Shown: positions 56,264 through 63,507 of the stretch, one piece after another | Position numbering within the stretch: the first letter of the stretch is position 1 | How the letters are laid out: each line of letters starts with the position of its first letter | DNA from: Trueperaceae bacterium | GTDB taxonomy: Bacteria; Deinococcota; Deinococci; Deinococcales; Trueperaceae | Direction of reading: 5' to 3' | Assembly (NCBI GenBank): GCA_965213925.1 | Contig: OZ243927.1 | Coordinates: forward strand, 3,170,146 to 3,234,145 | DNA length: 64,000 nt | The notes under the pieces: model-generated | Database searches by the model: none | The model's input: the letters and a program-made list of their open reading frames with translations, nothing else | What the model was told of the DNA's origin: nothing | Program-made: the position numbers and the translations under genes

Positions 56264-58321
56264 TTAGTTACCGGACGCCGCTCGCGACAGGAGTTCACCC
56301 AAGCGGGCGACCATTTCGGCTTGCGTGCCTTCTAAACCCTGCGCAACCTGCGTGGTCTGCTCGCCCAAGCGGGCGAGGATTTCGGTCGCCTGCGGGCTGC
56401 CTGCGTTCAGGGCGGTAGCGAGGTTTTCTAGGGAGGTGACGATAGGGTCTAGGTCGGGGTCGTCAAGGCTGCTGAGGCGCTGTTGCCAGCCCCGGATGTT
56501 TTCGAGTGCGGCGTCACTGTCGAGGTTCTCTAAGCCGCCCTCGAGCGCACCGACGGTCTCTTCGACGGTAGGCGTCGTTACGGCTGAGTCACCCGTCATG
56601 CCGCCCGTGCCAGAACCGCCGGTCATGCCGCCCGTCATACCTCCGCCTGTCATCTCACCCGTCTGACTGGTAAAGGTCGCGCCGATGTTGGAGAGGTCGG
56701 TCATGCCCGCCTCCACACTAGGCGCTTCGGCTTGGGCGCTGGAGTCCAGCCCCGCCTGCGCCACCAGGTCGCCTAAGGCGTAGTTCATCACGTGGAAGAG
56801 GTAGTTCTGCTCGACGGTGCCGCGCACAAGGTGGGCGCGTGGGCCGGTCGCATACGCGGCGATGTCGGTGCCGTCGTGCGTCTCGCTGCTGAGGGGCACC
56901 AGCGCCTGCTGGAAGTAGTCCTTAGCTTGGGTGTCCACGTCGGTGAGGTCGGGACGTTCGCCGATGACCGCGCCGGGACCGTTGAGGTAGCCGAGCGTGG
57001 TGTAAGGTTTGCCGTCCGCCGCGCGAGAGAGTTCGTCCACGGGCTCACCCTGGTCGTCGAGCCCTCTGACTAAACCCAGGATGGGGTTGCCGCGTTGCGG
57101 ATAGCCCGCGATGTCCATCGTGTGGGCGTGGTCGGCGGTGACGATGATGAGGGTGTTCTCGAGGTCAACCTTGTCCAGGGCGGTCTGTACGGCGTTACCA
57201 AACTCGATGTTATCGGTCAGCGTGCGAAAGGCGTTGGTGCCGTGACTGGCGTGGTCCACGCGCCCCGACTCGACCTGGAGGATATAGCCGTTTTCGTTTT
57301 GCGAGAGGATGTCGATCGATTTTGAGACCATCTCGGAGAGCGAAGGCTCGCCGCCCGCGTCGTCGGCGCGGTCCGCTTCGTACTGCATGTGCGACTGATT
57401 AAAAAGACCCAAGACCGGACCTGTCGCGGCGGGGTCGATGGCATCGAAGTCCTCTTGATTCCAGACGTAGGTCGCGCCCTCGCGCCCCTGCGTCCACTCT
57501 TCGGTGAGGTTGCGCCCGTCGGTGCGGTTGCCCGTGTCCCCTTCGTCTTCGGGGTCTTGCGCGTCTTCGGGGAGGAAGTGACGGCGTCCGCCCCCCATCG
57601 CCACCTCCAAGCCGTCTCCGTAGGGGAAGTCGATGAGCTGCGCGGCGATGTCTGTACAGCCTTGCTGGACGGCCTCTTCGGGCAGCGCGGTGTTGTCCTC
57701 CCAGTTGCGGTCGGCAGAGTGCGCGTAGTTCGCGGCGGGGGTGGCGTGGGTGATGCGCGCCGTGCTGACCGTTCCCGTCGCCATGCCGACCGTTTCGGCG
57801 AGTTCAAAAAGGGTGGTGAGGCGGTTTTCTTGGGCCGAGGCGCAGTCGCCGACCACCACATCCGGGCCAACGCCCAAGACGCCTATCTTGGTCTTGATGC
57901 CGGTGCTCCAAGCCGTGCCGGTCCCGGCAGAGTCGGGCACCTGCGAGTTGGAGTTATAAGTCTTGACGAGCGCGACGTTCGGGAAGGTGTCGTAGGGAAG
58001 GATGTTCTCCTCACCCATCAGCCCTTTGATCTGCCCCGCGAGGATGCGCGTGGCGGTGACGGTGGTAGGTCCTGCGCCGTCCGCTACAAAGATGATGACG
58101 TTTTGCGCTTCGTCGTTGTTGGGCTGCGTCTCCAGCATCTGCTGTAAGGTCTGCTGACCGAGCGCGTAGTAGGGATCGCTGGTTTGGGACATTGAGAGGT
58201 CACCGCCTGCCCCTCCGGTAGCTGCCCCGCCCGTCGTACCGCCGGTCTGCGCCAGACCGATACCTGTAAGGGCAGCCCCGCCGAGCGCTGCGCAGCCAAG
58301 AAGTCGTCCTAGTTTCTGCAT
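56264..58321 (-). CDS. phoA: alkaline phosphatase (PhoA family) with long C-terminal extension
   Basis: VPDSAGTGTAWSTGIKT contains the nucleophile Ser motif. Also DHASH and TADHAH metal-ligand motifs. The start is taken at ATG 58321, preceded by GGAGGAGG. The C-terminal extension of about 190 aa contains GGMTG repeats. Confidence 0.85.
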   Translation of the reverse strand: MQKLGRLLGCAALGGAALTGIGLAQTGGTTGGAATGGAGGDLSMSQTSDPYYALGQQTLQQMLETQPNNDEAQNVIIFVADGAGPTTVTATRILAGQIKGLMGEENILPYDTFPNVALVKTYNSNSQVPDSAGTGTAWSTGIKTKIGVLGVGPDVVVGDCASAQENRLTTLFELAETVGMATGTVSTARITHATPAANYAHSADRNWEDNTALPEEAVQQGCTDIAAQLIDFPYGDGLEVAMGGGRRHFLPEDAQDPEDEGDTGNRTDGRNLTEEWTQGREGATYVWNQEDFDAIDPAATGPVLGLFNQSHMQYEADRADDAGGEPSLSEMVSKSIDILSQNENGYILQVESGRVDHASHGTNAFRTLTDNIEFGNAVQTALDKVDLENTLIIVTADHAHTMDIAGYPQRGNPILGLVRGLDDQGEPVDELSRAADGKPYTTLGYLNGPGAVIGERPDLTDVDTQAKDYFQQALVPLSSETHDGTDIAAYATGPRAHLVRGTVEQNYLFHVMNYALGDLVAQAGLDSSAQAEAPSVEAGMTDLSNIGATFTSQTGEMTGGGMTGGMTGGSGTGGMTGDSAVTTPTVEETVGALEGGLENLDSDAALENIRGWQQRLSSLDDPDLDPIVTSLENLATALNAGSPQATEILARLGEQTTQVAQGLEGTQAEMVARLGELLSRAASGN
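56592..56662 (-). repeat. short in-frame tandem repeat inside phoA (encodes GGMTGGMTGGSGTGGMTG)
   Basis: Plus-strand GTCAT(G/A)CC(G/T)CC units recur 4 times. Confidence 0.7.
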
Positions 58322-58700
58322 GTCTCCTCCTCCGAGGCCGGAAATGCGTGCAGACCAAGTCTTACTTAGCCACACTTTCCGTTATGAAAAACCTCACAGA
58401 CACGCTAACGCGCTGATGTCATGAGCTTGTGAATTGAACGGTAGAGTTCGGTGACTAACCAAGTCCCAGCCACGCTCGTCGTTTTGGCTGCCCCTACGCC
58501 TGTGATCGTCAAGCTTAGGCGTGTGCATAGATCGCTGCACAGACGAGAACAGATTGTTCGTGGCTCCCAACTCAGAAGCGTTGGAAGACAACCCTAACGA
58601 ACGCACTCCCACGGCGATCGAAGCGATGGCGGCGTAGACGTAAAGGTGAGCTTAGCGTCCGCTCTCCTGGACCAAATTTCGGCAATCTTCTCGAACCTCT

Positions 58701-58722
58701 CTAAGGTTAACGCGCGCAACTG
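58701..58722 (+). repeat. GC-core hairpin R4, copy b (left half-site, split by the IS)
   Basis: CTAAGGTT AACGCGCGCAACTG. The last 14 nt are duplicated at 60069..60082. Confidence 0.75.
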
Positions 58723-60068
58723 CCGCAGAATGGTTCGTCCATTAAAAAGCGCTCACGGTAGGGAGGGCGGCGACGCCAAACTTACGCGGCGTGCGGTGGC
58801 GTCTTCTTCTGCCCCAAACGTAAGGGTGCTTGTGGTCATTCCAGTAGGCAGTGGCTCTTCGAATGGGCTCAACCATCTCGGTCCAGACCTCGAAGCGCCT
58901 GCCTTTGAGAGCTAAAGAGCGTAACGTCTTCCACCAGGGCTCGGTGAGGTTGAGATACCCCTAGGTGATCGCCGCTAGGCGAATCCGGTCCTGTGCCCTG
59001 CGAAGCGGGTATTGTCGGTAACCTAGCGTACTTGGGCTGGAAGACGAACTCCCACCTGGGGTGAGCCAGACTAAAAAGGAGCACGTCGTAAGAGCTGTGC
59101 ATGTAGAGATTGTCGATGATGGCGTAGATGTGCTTGACCTCGGGCGGGACCCACTGCTCGACCTTTCCCAGAAACTCGGTATAGTGCCCGCCGATGCGGC
59201 GCGGGACCATCTCAGTGAATACTGCGCCTGAGGCGGGTTCTAATGCGCCGAAGACGAAACCACCTTTCGGGCGATGTGTATAGTCAAGCGCGACTTTCGC
59301 GCGTCCGGCGGGGGGTCCACGAATTTTGGTCAGCTCCTTACCTTCATATGTTCTTGAGGCGAGCGGTCCCATCTCGTCTATGCAGAGGACGACGTTGTTC
59401 TCTGGTGGGTCGGTGTAGAGCTGTAGGGTGGCACCCTTTTTTCAGCGAACTCGGGGTCCACCTTTTGTCCATACCACCCTCCTTGTTGTCGCCAAAGGTT
59501 ACCGCCAACGGCGGCTAGCGGGAGCGGGACCACGCGACTTCGCTTTACGCGATCACCTGTCCTGAGCCCCTCGTTCCTGAAGATTTCGCTCATGCGACTG
59601 CGCCCCATCATGATGCCTTCCTCTTCGCTGAGATACGCTACCAGCCTATCTAAGGTCCAAGAGCCGAAAGGTAGTCCTAGCTCATCAGGTTTCGTTAAAG
59701 CCGTTTGAATAACAGTGCCGACATGCTCGCTTTTGTAGATGTGAGGTCGCCCGTGACGCGGGCTTTCTTCTAAACCAGGAATACCCAGCTTCGTGAAGCG
59801 GTTCACCCACTTGCGCACCGTCTGGTGGTGTAGCTCGAGCTTCTCGGCAACCTCGTGCACTGACAGCCCTAAGTTCGACTGCAAGACAATCCGCGCCCGA
59901 CGCACTTTGCTCACACCCATCGTCCTCGAACGTTCCCACCTTTTAAGTTCTTGATACTCTTCTTCGGTTAGCCGACGAACACGGGCATACGGGCGCACGG
60001 CTCACCTCCACTAGAATTGAGAACTCTAGCTTAGTCCTGAGTCGAATTAACTGGATGAGCCAATAAGG
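58723..60068 (-). mobile_element. IS630-family element, copy 3 (distinct subgroup), decayed; carries a 66-bp X2 insertion
   Basis: Transposase pieces are at 59378..59998 and 58869..59372, with a further C-terminal piece running down to 58742, in three frames. Imperfect terminal repeats CCGCAGAATGGTTCGTCCATTAA / CCTTATTGGCTCATCCAGTTAA. Bounded by a perfect 14-bp direct repeat. Confidence 0.75.
59495..59560 (-). repeat. 66-bp mini-element X2 inserted in the IS630 copy-3 transposase gene (in frame)
   Basis: The reverse complement is identical to 7777..7842. The host reads ..FRNEGLR[TGDRVKRSRVVPLPLAAVGGNL]WRQQGGW... Confidence 0.85.
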
Positions 60069-60091
60069 AACGCGCGCAACTGTTACCTTAG
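60069..60091 (+). repeat. GC-core hairpin R4, copy c (right half-site)
   Basis: AACGCGCGCAACTG TTACCTTAG. Together with copy b it reconstitutes the hairpin CTAAGGT(T)AAC..GTTACCTTAG. Confidence 0.75.
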
Positions 60092-60326
60092 CCTTGTACT
60101 AACCTCTCCCCCGTTCACCCCGCCAAACTGGTCTTATCTAAGGATTGGAAAAATTCCGGGTGCTAAGCTCTCTGGTGGTGAGCAACATTCAAAAGCGATA
60201 TCTCAAGATGTTGTGCATCATGTTTTCCAGAACTGCCACCACGTAGGCGCTCGCCCTTCAGTTCTTCGTTTCTTCTCGTTCTACACGCGGAGTTGGGCAT
60301 TCATCCCGTCGCCGTGAGGTCCATTA

Positions 60327-60584
60327 TCATTCTATCTGCTCGAGATGCTCGAGCGCCGCGTCGTCCTCGCCTGCACGCCACAACCCAAACGCTATGCGAA
60401 TTGTTACAACGTTGGCTTCGTAGGTTACAAGGTCAGCTTCGAAAAATTGCACGTCGTCTGTGTCCAAGTTTTCAGCAATGTGCTGGTAGGTGGCAGCCAA
60501 CTCTTCTAGGTGTCCTTTAAGACTCAGACCTACCTCTTGGTGTTCTGTAAGCTTGCTCTCCACGATTTCCTCCGAAATATCCAC
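60327..60584 (-). CDS. hypothetical small acidic helical protein
   Basis: 85 aa with a GTG start and no SD sequence. A 9-bp-stem hairpin at 60592..60615 lies 8 nt upstream. May be a fragment of a larger disrupted gene. Confidence 0.35.
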   Translation of the reverse strand: MDISEEIVESKLTEHQEVGLSLKGHLEELAATYQHIAENLDTDDVQFFEADLVTYEANVVTIRIAFGLWRAGEDDAALEHLEQIE

Positions 60585-60759
60585 CAGGGCAGCGCTCGCT
60601 TAGGTGAGCGAGCGCTCGCCAACTCCTTATTTCTTTCGTTTTGCGCGCGAAGTTGGTCGCCCACTTGGGCAACGGCACGTAGCGCCACCTCGAGCGAAGC
60701 TGCGCGCTGTCGCGGCTGCAAACCGCACGAGAACGGACCATCGCCGGCTGCAACAAAGC

Positions 60760-61041
60760 TTACGAGCGATTGGCTTGAACGGTGAAGTTTAACTTCATCA
60801 TAAAGTGCAAGAAGAGCTGCTTATCCAAGCGGTAGTGCGCTACAGCGTCCTCTGTTTCGTAAGTGTGCTCAAGTTCTCGCATTAGCTCCGTCAGTTCCTC
60901 ACGTAGCGGGTCAGCCTTTTCGTCGGGTAACTGGGCAAGGACGGCGAGGGCGTAGTCACGGTTTTTAAGCGATTGCTGATGGAGCCGCTCGAGGGGGGCG
61001 GGCGGTTGCTCTAGCCGATCGAAGACGCTAGCTGAGTCCAT
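60760..61041 (-). CDS. hypothetical small helical protein
   Basis: 93 aa with an ATG start. GC of about 50%, lower than the surroundings. No recognisable domain. Confidence 0.4.
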   Translation of the reverse strand: MDSASVFDRLEQPPAPLERLHQQSLKNRDYALAVLAQLPDEKADPLREELTELMRELEHTYETEDAVAHYRLDKQLFLHFMMKLNFTVQANRS

Positions 61042-61153
61042 GCTGTGAGTTTAGCAGCTTTAGGATTAGCTACTCCTTGACATCCTCGTTCAGAAGCGGC
61101 ACTAATTTTCGTCAGGATTGTTGCCGTACCTCTTTTATCAACGACGTGATGGC

Positions 61154-61186
61154 AAGGTTTAATGCGACGAACGCGCGCATCTTACC
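61154..61186 (+). repeat. GC-core hairpin R4, copy d
   Basis: AAGGTTTAA tgcgacgAACGCGCGCATC TTACC. The arms are homologous to copy b/c. Lies 22 nt beyond the RES gene stop. Confidence 0.65.
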
Positions 61187-61208
61187 ACAACAGGTCAGCA
61201 CTCCCAGT

Positions 61209-61673
61209 TCACTTGAATAGCCGAGGATCAAAAGCGTGATCCAACACTGCCGCCACCTCGACATTGTTTGCATCGGGGTGCTCCGGATTGAGTAGGTAAT
61301 TCGCCTCACGCAGGCTCACGCTGCTCGGGACCCTGAGCAGCGCAGAGCTTCGGGCGTCAACCCACTGCTGCCCAATCTCTTTCGTACTTGCTGGGTGTGG
61401 GAAGGCGTTCCAATCCTCAGGTAGGTCTTCAGTGCGCAACTCACGGACAAGTGAGCTGTCAAACCGAATTTCGGCGAGCGCATACTTCGGGAGCGTCTCG
61501 GTGTCTTGGAGGTGGACGAGCACCTCTAAGGTGGCAAGCGCAATCGTCTCTGCTAAGTAGATGAGGGGGACGCCCTGGTAGTTCCAGCGTCCCCCTACCC
61601 GCCGCGCACCCTCGCCGCTGAGCGACTGATCCCGATACTTGGATTTGAGGATGCGCCAAGCAGATAATCTCAA
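61209..61673 (-). CDS. RES domain toxin (MbcT/ParT-like NAD+-targeting family)
   Basis: 154 aa. GGRWN (Arg), ..ATLEVLVH (Glu) and ..LRVPSSV (Ser) fit the R-E-S motif spacing. Overlaps the antitoxin stop by 4 nt. Confidence 0.85.
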   Translation of the reverse strand: MRLSAWRILKSKYRDQSLSGEGARRVGGRWNYQGVPLIYLAETIALATLEVLVHLQDTETLPKYALAEIRFDSSLVRELRTEDLPEDWNAFPHPASTKEIGQQWVDARSSALLRVPSSVSLREANYLLNPEHPDANNVEVAAVLDHAFDPRLFK

Positions 61674-62140
61674 CCAAGCACTCCGTACTCCAGCCTCTCA
61701 ATCACATCGAGCACTTCCCGCGCGCCTTGCTCGCTCCTCGCAAAGTCGAGCGGCGCGCGGCCTCCCAGCGCAAGAGCCGGTTTAGCTAACCATGCCTTCG
61801 CTTTCGCCTCATCTTCGAAGAGATAGGCTGCTTTCTCAAACACCTCCGCGTAGCGGTAAAGCCGTTCGCTCTCCTCGGCCCTAAATCGTCCCTCAGCGAA
61901 GCGTCGATGTAGAGTGGCCTCTGACAAACCAAGGTAGCTTGCTAACGATTTTTGGGAGACACCCAGGAGGGACTGAAGCCGACCGAAGGTGTCAGCCGGT
62001 AAGCCCTGCTCGAGCCGCTCGAGCAGCTCGCCCGTAGTATTGACACTTAAGCCCAAACCAGTTCCGTACCGGTTTGAGCCCTGCTCTCCGGGTACGAAGG
62101 GTGTAAACATCATATCTGCCACCTCAACCACCTCTTTCAT
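61670..62140 (-). CDS. Xre/MbcA/ParS-type antitoxin (DUF2384)
   Basis: HTH region ..LGVSQKSLASYLGLSEATLHRR.. and C-terminal ..AKAWLAKPALALGGRAPLDFARSEQGAREVLDVIERLEYG. The start is possibly an internal Met near 62113. Confidence 0.8.
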   Translation of the reverse strand: MKEVVEVADMMFTPFVPGEQGSNRYGTGLGLSVNTTGELLERLEQGLPADTFGRLQSLLGVSQKSLASYLGLSEATLHRRFAEGRFRAEESERLYRYAEVFEKAAYLFEDEAKAKAWLAKPALALGGRAPLDFARSEQGAREVLDVIERLEYGVLG

Positions 62141-62193
62141 ATGACAAGTATATCACTTTCGTATGAGGGTAGGGTGCGCACTTCTTCCCAACT

Positions 62194-63084
62194 TTATTGC
62201 GGAAAGTGCCGTCTATAGAGCATCTGCCGCGACTCCCCGGAGAGGTTGACGTAGAGCTGCGTAGTTGTGGGCGAGGCATGATCAAGAATCGACTGCACGG
62301 CAGCGATAGGCGCGCCTTGGTTTAAGAGCAGCGTGGCTAGCGTATGGCGCAGCACGTGCGGCGTCACTTTCTCCTCTAAACCGCACCGCTTTGCTACGCG
62401 CTTGAAGATGCGCTGTATCTGCGAGGTGCTGAGACGTTGATGCTCCAAAGTCCCGCTATGCTGACGTCTCCGTCGCTTCGTAGCGAACAGGGCGAGGCAG
62501 TTGTCTGAACGGCTGTCCAGATATCGTTTAAGCCACAGCGCCGCTTTCGCCCCGAAGTACACTTCTCGCTCTTTGTTGCCCTTACCTAGCACAACGACGC
62601 TCCGGCGTGACCAGTCGAGGTCGATTCTGTCAAGTTGATGTATCTCGCTGACTCTGCAACCCGTGGCGAAGAAAAACTCGATAAGGGCGTGCTCCAATAG
62701 ATTCTCACAGGCGTCTCTGAGCAACTCGATCTCTTCTACCGAAAGCGCTTTCGGGATTCGTGCGGGTAGGCGCGGTTCTCGGAGTTTCAGCGCGGGGTTG
62801 CGCTCCAATATCTCCTCTTCATAGAGCCACTTGAAAAAGATTTTGAGGGCGCGGACTTTGTTCGCTAAACTCGACGTTTGCAGATGTGTCAAGCTTGTGA
62901 GGTGAGCGCGCAGGTGCTCAAGCTTTACTGTCTCAACAGGGGTTTCGCCTCCAGCATCCAACATCAAGCGCTTCAGATGCAGCTTGTACGAGTAGAGCGT
63001 CCTGTCGCTGTAACCGTCCAACTTCCTGGCTTTCAAATATGCCTGAATACAACTCGCTAAAGTGAGAACTTTTTGCTCGTCCAT
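62194..63084 (-). CDS. tyrosine recombinase / site-specific integrase (XerC/D-like)
   Basis: Catalytic pattern ATGCRVSE (R), GKGNKER (K), HVLRHT (HxxR), LDHAS (H) and TQLYVNL (Y). The start is taken at ATG 63084, preceded by GGAGG. The longer ORF to 63177 runs through a hairpin repeat. Confidence 0.85.
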   Translation of the reverse strand: MDEQKVLTLASCIQAYLKARKLDGYSDRTLYSYKLHLKRLMLDAGGETPVETVKLEHLRAHLTSLTHLQTSSLANKVRALKIFFKWLYEEEILERNPALKLREPRLPARIPKALSVEEIELLRDACENLLEHALIEFFFATGCRVSEIHQLDRIDLDWSRRSVVVLGKGNKEREVYFGAKAALWLKRYLDSRSDNCLALFATKRRRRQHSGTLEHQRLSTSQIQRIFKRVAKRCGLEEKVTPHVLRHTLATLLLNQGAPIAAVQSILDHASPTTTQLYVNLSGESRQMLYRRHFPQ

Positions 63085-63146
63085 AAAAAACCTCCGAGCC
63101 GTAGTCTGCACGGAGGTTGACGTCAGCATGTTTTCGAGGGGTGATA

Positions 63147-63175
63147 GCAATGCGCCAGACGCGCGCGTTAATTGC
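63147..63175 (-). repeat. GC-core hairpin R4, copy e (inverted relative to b, c and d)
   Basis: Plus strand reads GCAAT gcgccAGACGCGCGCGTTa ATTGC. Lies 63 nt upstream of the recombinase start. Confidence 0.65.
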
Positions 63176-63262
63176 ACAATAGATCATCTTACAAGTTCGT
63201 CACAAAACCTTTTCTACTATTCAGTGCTGGCAACATAAAAAGCTGCTCTCCAAATGTACGCG

Positions 63263-63288
63263 GAATTAACTGGATAGACCAACAAATG
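63263..63288 (+). repeat. orphan terminal inverted repeat of an IS630 copy-3-like element
   Basis: GAATTAACTGGATAGACCAACAAATG compared with the copy-3 right end GAATTAACTGGATGAGCCAATAAGG (about 19/23). No transposase gene is adjacent. Confidence 0.5.
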
Positions 63289-63507
63289 TCCGGCCTCGAA
63301 CCGCTGAAGTGAGCAAATAGCCCTTATGTAAACCTTCTCCTTTTTCCACCAGTTTTCTATAGAAGACACCAAAAACTTGTCAGCACGGCGACACCTTCGT
63401 TTGTGTCGCGAGGGCCGGCACAGCGTTCGCCTACAGTTTGCCGAAGGCGGCGTGCAGCGTTTTGACCAGCTTTTATCTCTACACCCAAGCCGACCCGACG
63501 CGCCAAG

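Noticed and set aside
58394-58915. Small ORFs 58394..58612 and 58646..58915 between phoA and the IS.
   Set aside because: The second is antisense to the C-terminal transposase fragment. The first has no start context or motif.
58701-63175. Integron interpretation of the recombinase plus hairpin sites.
   Set aside because: The recombinase is a 296-aa XerC/D-like protein without the IntI-specific insertion. Most sites lie downstream of it rather than in a divergent cassette array. The sites lack the RYYYAAC/GTTRRRY pattern.
60044-63275. 13-bp direct repeat GAATTAACTGGAT read as attL/attR of an integrative element carrying the recombinase.
   Set aside because: A single 13-mer pair is expected by chance in 64 kb. 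The left copy is part of the terminal inverted repeat of IS630 copy 3. It is reinterpreted as an IS end plus an orphan IS end.
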